From IMG/VR virus record IMGVR_UViG_3300035145_004174, positions 1 through 64,000 of that record: 64,000 nucleotides of DNA. One strand, given 5' to 3'. This DNA comes from a virus. Each line of letters opens with the position of its first letter. The stretch's first letter is position 1. A program made the translations under genes and the position numbers. Positions 29,319-38,822 of the stretch are shown here, in pieces. The notes beneath the pieces are model-generated. The model worked only from the letters and a program-made list of their open reading frames with translations. It did not search any database and was not told where the DNA came from.

Positions 29319-31181
29319 ATGGGTACACCTATATGGCCAAGAAAACCTTTATCGAGGGATCAAAGAATATTTGAAAGCTCTCGAGCGGGCAGAAAAATTA
29401 CAGAAGGCGCGGCTAGACTTATTGAATCAGTATCTCCATTTACAAAATCTTTCAGCTCCCAAATAGCAATTAACCAATACGGACAAAAAGAATTTGCAAA
29501 CATGTCCGCAGGATCTCTTCCTGTAAATAAGTCTATTATTCAAAGCACTGAGGTTAGATATCCTTCTAAAGATTATAATGACAATGGTTTTTTCAATGGC
29601 TTTCCTTTTTTGCTTCAACAAGAAAATGAATATATAAAGCCTATAGAAAATAAATTTAAAGTTAATGATCAAGAATCAGTATTTACTAGTAACTTTTGCG
29701 AAAGAGGATTGACTGGAATACCTGTTTCTAATTATGATGCTGTTAATGTTCTGGGTGGAGGTTATGAGTTATATAAAACTGATGGATATTATTCCCCTTG
29801 TGATAATTTTAATAGCAGAAGAGCGGTCACTTGTAATAATTTCTGGAACTTGGCTGTAGTTGAAACTGACTTTGTTATACAAACTAGGTCTTGTCCTGAT
29901 TTTTATGAAACTGGGTATTGTTTTCATACTGACAAAGATGATGATGATTTGCAATTAATATCTGAAGATTATGAGGTTGTAGAATCTTTTTCTGACAACT
30001 CCTACTTGCCTCATTTAAGGAAGTATATTGATCCCACTGGTTCTACTCAGCAGTGCTCGATCAATGAAGAGAGTAGATTAATAGAAGGAAGCGGTCAGAA
30101 CTATTCTTCTATGTTCGTTCATGGTCATGATACTGGTAATTTTGCTGATTTTTTTATGCCTTTATCTATTCAACCTAGTAATACAGGCGCTTTTACTATC
30201 ACTTTTGACGAAGGGGTGGCTGGTTATTTAGAAAATTTAGATTCTTTTGGTGAGAAAAAAGCATTCAATTGCAATATGCTTTTTGATTTCAATATAAAAG
30301 ACAAGGATCATGAAGGTTTTGTAGGATCAAACATAGAATATCACTGCTTTCCATATAAAGCTTATATAATACCTGCGAAAGGTTGGGACTTTACGGTTTT
30401 AGGCTCTAAAGTTAAAGGTATATATTATACTTACCCTCAAAATGCTGACCTGAGGTATGCTGGAGATCAATCTAGCACTATTAATCATAGACCTTGGTAC
30501 AAAGATATTACTTTTTCTTATTCGAAAAATTCTCCAGCTAGATTTGGTGGGCATGATATAGTTTACAACGATTCGCCTTATACCCATATTCCATTTGAAT
30601 ATGCTGCGGGTAAAGTGGAGGACGGTAAAGATGTTTATTACTCATACTACTTTTCTGCTGATAGTAGATTTTCTTATGTTACGCCAATTATAGATTTAGA
30701 TGAATCTACTTCTCAATACAGACCAGAGTATAAATATGGATTGAGATATTCAAATCTTATTGGCTCTGAAAAACCTGAAATTCAGTATTTCCATAGCCTC
30801 AATAGAGATAGCTTAGTGCTTTCTGACGAAATGATACAGAAATTTTTTAATGAAAAGTATAGATATACTCAAATTAGAACTGTTGGAACGAATAGCTTGA
30901 CTGCAGAAGATATATCTAATTTATTCAGAAATGCTTCAATTAACCCAAATAATAGGTATATGAGTGAAGCGAATATACTACATGCAGAGAATAAAGCTAG
31001 AACTCTTATTGATTCTGAAGTTTCCTCTAGATTTATAGGGCGCAAAAAATCTGATTACTCTCAATATACAGCTCCAGCTGAAAGAGCAAATCTTAGATTC
31101 AATCAAAAACAAATTAACCAAGGTCAATTCCCCGAATTTAGGAGGCCTGTTGCGGTTCCAGTACGTCGTCGCGCGATATGA
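29319..31181 (+). CDS. Hypothetical protein, possibly virion structural
   Basis: 620 aa ORF, aromatic/beta-rich, no recognised motif. Confidence 0.7.
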   Translation: MGTPIWPRKPLSRDQRIFESSRAGRKITEGAARLIESVSPFTKSFSSQIAINQYGQKEFANMSAGSLPVNKSIIQSTEVRYPSKDYNDNGFFNGFPFLLQQENEYIKPIENKFKVNDQESVFTSNFCERGLTGIPVSNYDAVNVLGGGYELYKTDGYYSPCDNFNSRRAVTCNNFWNLAVVETDFVIQTRSCPDFYETGYCFHTDKDDDDLQLISEDYEVVESFSDNSYLPHLRKYIDPTGSTQQCSINEESRLIEGSGQNYSSMFVHGHDTGNFADFFMPLSIQPSNTGAFTITFDEGVAGYLENLDSFGEKKAFNCNMLFDFNIKDKDHEGFVGSNIEYHCFPYKAYIIPAKGWDFTVLGSKVKGIYYTYPQNADLRYAGDQSSTINHRPWYKDITFSYSKNSPARFGGHDIVYNDSPYTHIPFEYAAGKVEDGKDVYYSYYFSADSRFSYVTPIIDLDESTSQYRPEYKYGLRYSNLIGSEKPEIQYFHSLNRDSLVLSDEMIQKFFNEKYRYTQIRTVGTNSLTAEDISNLFRNASINPNNRYMSEANILHAENKARTLIDSEVSSRFIGRKKSDYSQYTAPAERANLRFNQKQINQGQFPEFRRPVAVPVRRRAI

Positions 31182-31215
31182 AAATAGCCCAACAAATAGA
31201 AAGAAGGATGGTATA

Positions 31216-32457
31216 ATGAGTGCTCCCGCTCCCCCTCCTCCTAAAGCTCCCCCTCCTCCTGGTGGTGGCGGTAGTTCGAGCACGAGTAGTTCTAGTCCTT
31301 TTAGTGATTTTGCTGGCGGAAAAGCAATGAGTACGCCCGCTGCTGACCCAGCTCCTACCTTCAATACAAAAGGAACTACCAATTTCCAAAGGGATAGCTT
31401 CAAAGAATCTTTACCTTTAACCACGGAGACTGGAGACCTTGTTCCTAAGCAGCAAAACACCAATGACGGTCAAAATATAGATAAGGCCTTAGACACATTA
31501 TCAGACACAGCTAATACTCTAAAGGAAATAAAAAAAATGCGGGACGAGATTGCTAAGCTCAAGCAGGAAAATCAAGAGCGTGCAAACAGGCTTGCAGAGA
31601 TGGCTAAAAAGGCTCAAGAGCAATCGCAAGGTGATGGTGGGGATAATCAAAAGTCCCAGTTAAGCGAGGAAGAAAAGCAAAAGCTTGAAGACGAATACCG
31701 AAAGAATGGTTGTAAAGATTGTCCCCCTGGAAAAGATGAAAAAGATGCTGTTGATCCAAATAAAGCAGCTCCTCCTTCGCCCAACGCTCGAGAGAAAGAA
31801 GACTTAGGAGATGACACTCAAGGCAAGGATCAGAGTTACAACGATCTTCCCCCCGCATGGTCAGAGACATTTTTTCATGACTTAGAGCAAGGAGATAGTT
31901 TTGGTTTAGTTTTTGACAGTAAAAGCGGAATTCATATGGGTAACGCTATGCTTCTTTCAGCTGTTCAAATGTACAATGATCCTTCTAAGTTTGCTCCTGG
32001 AGAATCTCATACTTCTGGAGCAATTAAATTCACCAAATGGAAGTACGGCAAAACTTGCGTGACATATACTCCAGTTGCTGGCGGCGGGCCTCTTGGAGAC
32101 TCAAATGCAATGAATGGTTATAATCTTTTGCGGGACATTCGGCAGGATACCGAAAGAATGCTATCTCTTGAGCTGAGCATCAAAAACACAATGAAACACC
32201 TTAACAACCAAATCTCTTCCCTTGGTATTGATTTAGCCTACACTTTTGGAGATAGTGCTGCAAAAGATGAATTTGGTTTCGATGATAGTGTTTTTCTATC
32301 TTATCAACAAAATGGTGACGGATTGTTCGGAATGGAAAATCTGGGAGGGAATATGATGGATAATTTAGAAAATATGGTTTATGGAGTGGGAGCCGCCTTA
32401 AATAAGACCTGGGAAAATCTTGTGGACGCAAAAGACTTTGTCATGGATGCGTTTTAA
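31216..32457 (+). CDS. Hypothetical protein with Pro/Gly/Ser-rich N-terminus and coiled coil
   Basis: SAPAPPPPKAPPPPGGGGSSSTSSSS; heptad-rich segment. Confidence 0.75.
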   Translation: MSAPAPPPPKAPPPPGGGGSSSTSSSSPFSDFAGGKAMSTPAADPAPTFNTKGTTNFQRDSFKESLPLTTETGDLVPKQQNTNDGQNIDKALDTLSDTANTLKEIKKMRDEIAKLKQENQERANRLAEMAKKAQEQSQGDGGDNQKSQLSEEEKQKLEDEYRKNGCKDCPPGKDEKDAVDPNKAAPPSPNAREKEDLGDDTQGKDQSYNDLPPAWSETFFHDLEQGDSFGLVFDSKSGIHMGNAMLLSAVQMYNDPSKFAPGESHTSGAIKFTKWKYGKTCVTYTPVAGGGPLGDSNAMNGYNLLRDIRQDTERMLSLELSIKNTMKHLNNQISSLGIDLAYTFGDSAAKDEFGFDDSVFLSYQQNGDGLFGMENLGGNMMDNLENMVYGVGAALNKTWENLVDAKDFVMDAF

Positions 32458-32686
32458 AGATGTGAAAAACTCAAGAAAAATAGACCCCCTGGAAATTACT
32501 TCTTTTTTTGCTAATCATAAAAAAGAATCTGCCATACCAGCAAATTCATTCAATGATTTAGCTTTCCCCGATCCAGAAATAGATTTATTGGAAGAGTATC
32601 CTGATGCTTTTGGCAAACAAAGAATGGCTGACGGGAGCTCAATCCTAATCGAAAAACAAAAAAAATTCAAAAAGAAAAAGCAATGA
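32447..32686 (+). CDS. Hypothetical protein
   Basis: ORF overlapping both neighbours; basic C-terminus. Confidence 0.6.
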   Translation: MRFKDVKNSRKIDPLEITSFFANHKKESAIPANSFNDLAFPDPEIDLLEEYPDAFGKQRMADGSSILIEKQKKFKKKKQ

Positions 32687-33921
32687 GGCATTTATTACTT
32701 TGTTCTGCTGTATTTCTTTCTTCTATAGCTGCATATTTTAGCATAGTTGGCTTGTCGACAATTTTTCCTGGCTCTATTTTTTCTATAGTTGTTATGGCCT
32801 TAGGTTTAGAGTTTGCAAAGATAATCGTTGCAGTCTGGACTCATCAAAATTGGAAAAGAATTTCCATACTAACAAAGTCTTATTTATCTTTTGCTGTTTT
32901 TATTTTGATGGGCATAACCAGTACTGGGATTTTTGGCTTTTTAAGTAAGTCTCATATAGAACATTCCTCCAGCGTTTCTTTTTCAGAAAATATAATAAAA
33001 GAAATAGAAAGAAAGATTGAACTAGAAGAAGGTTCTATTAATAGGCATAAGTCTTTAATAGATGAAAAGAAATCTGTAAAAAATTCATTTGAAGACAAAA
33101 ACAACAAAATTATTTCGCAGCTTTCTGGTCAAATAGATAGCATTTACTCTAGGCTGGACATCGATGTAAAAGTATCTAATGAAAAAATAGATAAACTTCA
33201 GTCTAGAATAAAAGACTTAGACAATCAACTCCAAGAATTAAGAAATCAAAAAACTGGATTCTTCTCTAGTAACAAAAGTAAAATAGATAATCTTGAAGCT
33301 TCTCAAAAAGAAGAAAGAGAGTACATTGCATCTCAACTTGTTAGCTTGAATGATTCAATAGTTAATTCAAAAAAATCTGCCTCTTCCAAAGTCGAAGAAT
33401 TGAGAATGCAAATAAATTCTCTTCAGAGTAAAGATATAGACATAGAGGATGAAGATTTATCACTGATATCTTCTTATGAGAATAAAATAAAAGAGGCTTT
33501 ATCAAGCATAGAGCAGCTTAATCTTGAAAAATTTAAACTTGAAAGCGAGAATCTTAAAATAGAAAATGAGCTTGGTCCAATTAAATACATAGCTGAATTT
33601 ATAAAAGAGTTTGGAGGTCCTGAACTAAACACATCAGGATCAATAAGGCTAGTCATATTACTCATAGTATGCGTTTTTGATCCATTGGCTATAGTTATGA
33701 TTATATGTGCATTTAGTTTAAATAATTCTAGCCCACCTCTCCAGTCTTCAAAAGAAAAAGATTTAAAATCTTTTAAATTCGTAACTGAAAATAATGATAG
33801 CGGAATAATTTCCGAAGAAGACCCGAACGAAGAAGTTGAAAATATTAAAGAGTCTGACACGGATAATCCTTCTAAAGAAAAGAAGCTTGTAAGGAAAGAC
33901 GGCTACAGTTATTACGAATAA
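32683..33921 (+). CDS. Membrane protein with long coiled coil (type seen in large phages)
   Basis: Three N-terminal TM segments, TS.GIFGFLSK.H, coiled coil, ELGPIKYIAE, VFDPLA. Confidence 0.75.
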   Translation: MRHLLLCSAVFLSSIAAYFSIVGLSTIFPGSIFSIVVMALGLEFAKIIVAVWTHQNWKRISILTKSYLSFAVFILMGITSTGIFGFLSKSHIEHSSSVSFSENIIKEIERKIELEEGSINRHKSLIDEKKSVKNSFEDKNNKIISQLSGQIDSIYSRLDIDVKVSNEKIDKLQSRIKDLDNQLQELRNQKTGFFSSNKSKIDNLEASQKEEREYIASQLVSLNDSIVNSKKSASSKVEELRMQINSLQSKDIDIEDEDLSLISSYENKIKEALSSIEQLNLEKFKLESENLKIENELGPIKYIAEFIKEFGGPELNTSGSIRLVILLIVCVFDPLAIVMIICAFSLNNSSPPLQSSKEKDLKSFKFVTENNDSGIISEEDPNEEVENIKESDTDNPSKEKKLVRKDGYSYYE

Positions 33922-33925
33922 GTCC

Positions 33926-33958
33926 TTGACTTTTTTTGTTTATCATGCAGGATAAAAT
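33926..33958 (+). promoter_or_regulatory. Sigma70-like promoter
   Basis: TTGACT followed by a -10-like element just before ATG 33961. Confidence 0.4.
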
Positions 33959-33960
33959 GC

Positions 33961-34701
33961 ATGATACCTATTTTTAAATCTGATTTTTCAATCGGAAAAA
34001 GTATTCTAAGGTTAGATGAGAAATCTTTTAATGAAAATTCTGAATCAAGTATATTTAAAATACTAAAAGATTCCAATCTCACTAATTTAGTTTTAGTAGA
34101 AGACACAATGACTGGCTTCTTGGAAGCTCATCATAATTGTTTGAAGTTTGATATCAATTTAATATTTGGATTGAATATATTTTGTGACTCTTTAGCGGAC
34201 AAAAAAAACAAGGACAAGTATATAATTTTTTCTAAGAATAAAGATGGATGTATTGCTTTAAATAAAATATATAGTTTTATTCACTCTGAAGAGGGCGGTT
34301 TCATTTCATTAGACCAATTAAAAGAATTTTGGAGCAACGATGTTTCTCTTTATATACCCTTTTACGACTCTTTTCTTTATAACAATTTCATGTATTTTAC
34401 TGAGAGTATACCTGATTTAGAATATTTCAATCCAACCTTTTTTATAGAAAATAATAATTTACCTTTTGATAGTTTTATAAAATCTTCCGTAGAATCTTAT
34501 TGTAAAAAATATAACTACACATCCTTACTTGCTAAAAGTATATTTTATAACAAAAAAACTGACTTCTCTGCGTTTCAGGTTTATAAATGTCTCTGCTCTA
34601 GAAATTTTTCTAATAATTCTAGTATCGAATCTCCCAACCTAGATCACTGCTCTAGTAGTGAATTTTCTTTTGAAAGCTATTTACAACATGAAAGCACTTA
34701 A
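33961..34701 (+). CDS. Stand-alone, degenerate PHP domain of DNA Pol III alpha
   Basis: Follows the DnaE N-terminal pattern (S.FS..SI, LVED.MTGF.EA, IFGL, IFSKN.DG..ALNKI.S); HxH metal ligands absent. Confidence 0.75.
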   Translation: MIPIFKSDFSIGKSILRLDEKSFNENSESSIFKILKDSNLTNLVLVEDTMTGFLEAHHNCLKFDINLIFGLNIFCDSLADKKNKDKYIIFSKNKDGCIALNKIYSFIHSEEGGFISLDQLKEFWSNDVSLYIPFYDSFLYNNFMYFTESIPDLEYFNPTFFIENNNLPFDSFIKSSVESYCKKYNYTSLLAKSIFYNKKTDFSAFQVYKCLCSRNFSNNSSIESPNLDHCSSSEFSFESYLQHEST

Positions 34702-35644
34702 ATATTCAGACATTTGTTTAATTCCTAATTATAGCGAGGTTCATAGTAGAGTTGATTGCGATCCCTCTGTAGAGTTTTGTACTAGGGAATTTATGCTACC
34801 AATTATACCTGCCAATATGAAATCAGTTATAGATATGAACTTATCTAGGAATTTGGCTAATGATCGTTATTTTTATATCATGCATCGATTTGGTAACTCC
34901 CTTAAAGATACCGTTATTCAAATGAATGAAGAAAGATGGCCCCTCATTTCTGTTAGTATGGGCGTAAAAATTTCCGATAAAAAAGATATACTAGCTCTTG
35001 CAAAACTTAAACAAAGAATTGATTTCATAACAATTGATATCGCCCATGGACATTGTAAAAGAATGCGTGATGCAATTAATTATGTTAAAAAACATTTTCC
35101 TCGAACTGATATTATAGCTGGAAACGTTGCGACGCCAGAAGCTGTAAGGCAACTTTATGATTGGGGGGCATCTGCCGTAAAAGTTGGCATAGGTCAAGGC
35201 TCTCCATGTACAACAAAAGACAAAACAGGGTTTACAATGCCAATGTTTACTTGCGTTCAAAAGTGTTCTGCTGTTATGGATGATGGATACCGTATTCCTG
35301 TTATTGCGGATGGTGGAATAAAATGTAACGGAGATATAGCAAAGGCAATAGTTGCTGGAGCGACAATGGTTATGGCTGGAGGTTTATTTGCCGCATGTAT
35401 TGATAGTCCAGCTATCGAAAGTTCTATTGATAATATTTCTCATAAAGCATATTTTGGATCTGCAAGTGCAGAAAACAAAGGTCATAATAATAATATAGAA
35501 GGCAAGCTAACAAACATAGCTTGCAACAATATGACTGTTGGTCAAAAACTTTTCGAAATAACTCAAGACTTGCAAAGCGCTATAAGCTATGCTGGTGGAA
35601 ATCAAATATATGCTTTGAATCAAGTCCAATACTACGAAGTATGA
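34688..35644 (+). CDS. guaC: GMP reductase
   Basis: PANM, MHRF, IDIAHGH, AGNVAT, KVGIGQGSPCTT, ADGGI, YFGSAS. Confidence 0.93.
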   Translation: MKALKYSDICLIPNYSEVHSRVDCDPSVEFCTREFMLPIIPANMKSVIDMNLSRNLANDRYFYIMHRFGNSLKDTVIQMNEERWPLISVSMGVKISDKKDILALAKLKQRIDFITIDIAHGHCKRMRDAINYVKKHFPRTDIIAGNVATPEAVRQLYDWGASAVKVGIGQGSPCTTKDKTGFTMPMFTCVQKCSAVMDDGYRIPVIADGGIKCNGDIAKAIVAGATMVMAGGLFAACIDSPAIESSIDNISHKAYFGSASAENKGHNNNIEGKLTNIACNNMTVGQKLFEITQDLQSAISYAGGNQIYALNQVQYYEV

Positions 35645-36282
35645 ATGAGAATTTATTAAGATTTAAAAAAAATCAAAAGTATGTAATATTTGATTATGAG
35701 ACTTGTAACCTAAATCTTAGCTCTTTGGAAAATAAACCTTGGCAATTAGGGTTTATTTGTTGCTCTGGATCTAATATTATAGATAAGTTTGACTTGACTG
35801 TAGGTTGGGATGAAATAAATGTTTCTGATGACGCCGCCAAGATAACTAACTTCAACATAAATAAATATAATAAAAATAAAATTGATGCAAAAAAATGCTT
35901 AGACTCTTTTGAAAAATATCTTTATGACCCTGATTACATTATTGTAGGCCATAATGTTTTAGGCTTCGATGTTTATATTCATAATATTCATAGATTACTT
36001 TGCGGCAAAGAGGGTGATTATTCATATATGAATAGAGTGTTGGATACTAATTGTTTAGCTAGAGCAATAAAAAATGATATAAAGTTTGACCAATCTTCTT
36101 GTTTGATTTCCTGGCAGTATAAGCTTTTAAATTATAGAAAAAAAGGAGTCAAAACAAATTTAAAACAGTTATGTAAAGATTACTCAATAGAGTTTGACGA
36201 TTCTAAATTGCACGATGCTTTATATGATGTTGAAAAAACCTTTGAAGTATTAAATAAGATAATATGGGACATAGAGATATGA
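35641..36282 (+). CDS. DEDDh 3'-5' exonuclease (DnaQ/epsilon-like)
   Basis: FDYET, GHN..GFD, LDT, HDALYD. Confidence 0.9.
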   Translation: MNENLLRFKKNQKYVIFDYETCNLNLSSLENKPWQLGFICCSGSNIIDKFDLTVGWDEINVSDDAAKITNFNINKYNKNKIDAKKCLDSFEKYLYDPDYIIVGHNVLGFDVYIHNIHRLLCGKEGDYSYMNRVLDTNCLARAIKNDIKFDQSSCLISWQYKLLNYRKKGVKTNLKQLCKDYSIEFDDSKLHDALYDVEKTFEVLNKIIWDIEI

Positions 36283-38822
36283 GCGACTTTTTTTACAAAC
36301 AATTTTCTAGTTACGAAGGTTGCACTCCTCCAGGAGTTAGATTACCTGAAATAATTATAGAACCTAAGTATTATAAAAAATTAAATTTATCAAAAGATAT
36401 ATCTAATTTTCATTTTCTTGAAAGTATTTGCTACTCATCTTTAGAATCAAAAAACATCAATAATTCTAAATATAAAGAGAGGCTCGATTATGAGCTGTCT
36501 ACATTAAGAGATCTCGGTTTCGTTGATTACATACTCTTGAATTGGGATATAATAAATTTTTGTTTTGAAAATAAAATACCCACTGGGCCAGGTAGAGGAT
36601 CTGCTGCAGGAAGCTTGGTTTTATTTTTAATAGGAGTAACTAAAGTTGACCCTATAAAATACGATCTCTTTTTTGAAAGGTTTGTCTCTAAAAGTAGAGC
36701 TAAGAAAATAAAAAAAGATGGAATTATTTATCTAGATGGAAGCCTTCTAGCAGATATAGATAATGATATAGCTTATGAACATAGGCAAACTGTCATTAGT
36801 TATATTGAAAAAAAGTACCCATCAAGAACTGCAAAAATTCTTACTTTAAATACTTTAAGCGGTAAACTCTGTATAAAAGAATGTGGAAAACTAGTCTCAA
36901 GAATATCAGAACAAGAAGCTAATTATGTTAGCGATATGATCCCCAAGCAATTTGGCAATGTGGCTAGATTGACCGAAGCTTATGAAGAGAGCGAAAAGTT
37001 TAAAAAATTTGTTGATGAAAATCCTAAAGTTTACGAGATCTCCTTAAAACTCGAAGGCTTGAAAAAAAATACTGGAATACATCCTTCTGGAATTGCAATA
37101 TCTTTTAGTAAAATATCTGAAATATGTCCTCTTCAAAAAAGTAACGATGGCTCTCTGGTTACTGGATATGACATGAACTGGGTCTCAGAACTCATGGTTA
37201 AATTTGATATACTCGGATTGCGAACATTGTCAGCCATTTATTCTTGCTGTAATAATTTAAAAATCGATCCTACTGATATAAATCTCGATTCTGATGATAT
37301 TTATTCTAACCTTGATGATTTGAGAACTCCTCATGGTCTTTTTCAAATTGAGGCTAGTGCAAATTTTATGGTTTGTAAAAAAATAAGACCTTCTAGTCTT
37401 GAGCAATTGAGTGCTGTTATTGCTATAGCTAGACCAGGAGCTATGGATTTTGCAGATTTATATAAAGACTATAGAGATACTGGCAGACACCAAAGTGTTG
37501 ATTCTTTTTTTGACGATGTATTGTCTTATACTGGCGGCATACCATTATACCAAGAGCAGCTCATGAAGATGGCTGTAAAGGTTGGATTCAGCCTAGAAGA
37601 ATCAGAAGAATTGAGGCGTATCGTTGGGAAGAAAAAGGTAAAAGAGATGCCTAAATGGAAAAAGAAAATAGAAGAAAAAATAAAATCCAACAATTTGTCC
37701 AGCAACATTTCTGATGTTCTTTGGAAGGTTGCTGAAGATAGTGCTAATTATTCTTTCAATAAAAGTCACTCTATTTCTTATGCCATATTGGCGGCTTGGA
37801 CTATATATTTAAAATTCAAACACCCTCAAGACTTTTTCCTTAGCTTATTAAAAATGACTAAGTACGAGCCTTCTCCACAAGATGAGATAAACAAAATATC
37901 TCAAGAGTTAGCTCATTTTGGAATTTCTTTACTTTCTCCAGATTTAGCTCTTTCTGAGATGGATTTTACTATAGAAGGTTCTGATATACGCTTTGGCCTC
38001 AATAGCATAAAAGGAATAAGCGAAAAGTCTTTAGAAAAATTAAAAGATTTCAGAAACTCTAGCAAGCCAAACAAGTATGATACTTTTCTATCAGCGAAAG
38101 AGTCGGGTCTTAACATTGGAGTTTTATCTGCTTTAATTCAAGCTGGAGCATTATCTTCCTTCAAAACAAACAGACCTCGCTTGGTTTTAGAGGCCCAAGT
38201 TTTTAACTTATTAACAGACAGGGAGAAAAGAAATTTTATAAAAATTGGTCCAAAATATAATTTTGATATTTTAAATTCCATACATGATTGCGTTCAAAAC
38301 CAAATAATTGGAGACGACAACAAGCCTATCATGAAAGACTCTAGGTTTGCTACATTAAAATCCAAATACAAATCTTATAAATCTATTTATGAAAAAAATA
38401 AAAAATATGAAGATTTTGCTAATTGGTTTTTTGAAAAGACCTTATTAGGGTTTAGTTATAGCAAAAATCTCTCTGAATGTTTCGGTGCTAATAAAAATTT
38501 CAAAACATCCTTGCATTTCAACTCTTGCGAAAAAGGAGATCGAGCTAAATACATTGGTGTGGTTGAAGATATTATTTCTAGAAAAAGCAAGAAAAATAAT
38601 AATTATATTAAAATGACAATAGGTGACGAATACGGTCGATATGATGCTTTAATTTTAGATGCTAAAGAAAAAAATCTTACTAAATTTTTATCATCAAATA
38701 CTATGCCTGAAAAAAATAGCATAATTGTTTTGCTTGGTAGCAAAGGTGAAGATATATTATTTGTTAATCAAGCATCTGTTATAGATGAAAAAATATATAT
38801 GAAACTTTCTGAAATTAGATAA
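36279..38822 (+). CDS. dnaE: DNA polymerase III alpha catalytic core lacking the PHP domain
   Basis: GPGRGSAAGSLV, FERF, DIDND, HPSG, KFDILGL, YSFNKSH, IRFGL..IKG. Confidence 0.95.
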   Translation: MSDFFYKQFSSYEGCTPPGVRLPEIIIEPKYYKKLNLSKDISNFHFLESICYSSLESKNINNSKYKERLDYELSTLRDLGFVDYILLNWDIINFCFENKIPTGPGRGSAAGSLVLFLIGVTKVDPIKYDLFFERFVSKSRAKKIKKDGIIYLDGSLLADIDNDIAYEHRQTVISYIEKKYPSRTAKILTLNTLSGKLCIKECGKLVSRISEQEANYVSDMIPKQFGNVARLTEAYEESEKFKKFVDENPKVYEISLKLEGLKKNTGIHPSGIAISFSKISEICPLQKSNDGSLVTGYDMNWVSELMVKFDILGLRTLSAIYSCCNNLKIDPTDINLDSDDIYSNLDDLRTPHGLFQIEASANFMVCKKIRPSSLEQLSAVIAIARPGAMDFADLYKDYRDTGRHQSVDSFFDDVLSYTGGIPLYQEQLMKMAVKVGFSLEESEELRRIVGKKKVKEMPKWKKKIEEKIKSNNLSSNISDVLWKVAEDSANYSFNKSHSISYAILAAWTIYLKFKHPQDFFLSLLKMTKYEPSPQDEINKISQELAHFGISLLSPDLALSEMDFTIEGSDIRFGLNSIKGISEKSLEKLKDFRNSSKPNKYDTFLSAKESGLNIGVLSALIQAGALSSFKTNRPRLVLEAQVFNLLTDREKRNFIKIGPKYNFDILNSIHDCVQNQIIGDDNKPIMKDSRFATLKSKYKSYKSIYEKNKKYEDFANWFFEKTLLGFSYSKNLSECFGANKNFKTSLHFNSCEKGDRAKYIGVVEDIISRKSKKNNNYIKMTIGDEYGRYDALILDAKEKNLTKFLSSNTMPEKNSIIVLLGSKGEDILFVNQASVIDEKIYMKLSEIR

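Noticed and set aside
30978-31870. Antisense ORFs 30978-31463, 31138-31389 and 31604-31870
   Set aside because: Shadows of the GC-richer low-complexity plus-strand gene; no independent coding signal.
15839-38822. Inteins or self-splicing introns in nrdA, nrdB, recA, dnaB, dnaE
   Set aside because: Protein lengths are normal or short, with no C...HN splice junctions or homing-endonuclease motifs; the genes splitting Pol III are ordinary enzymes.
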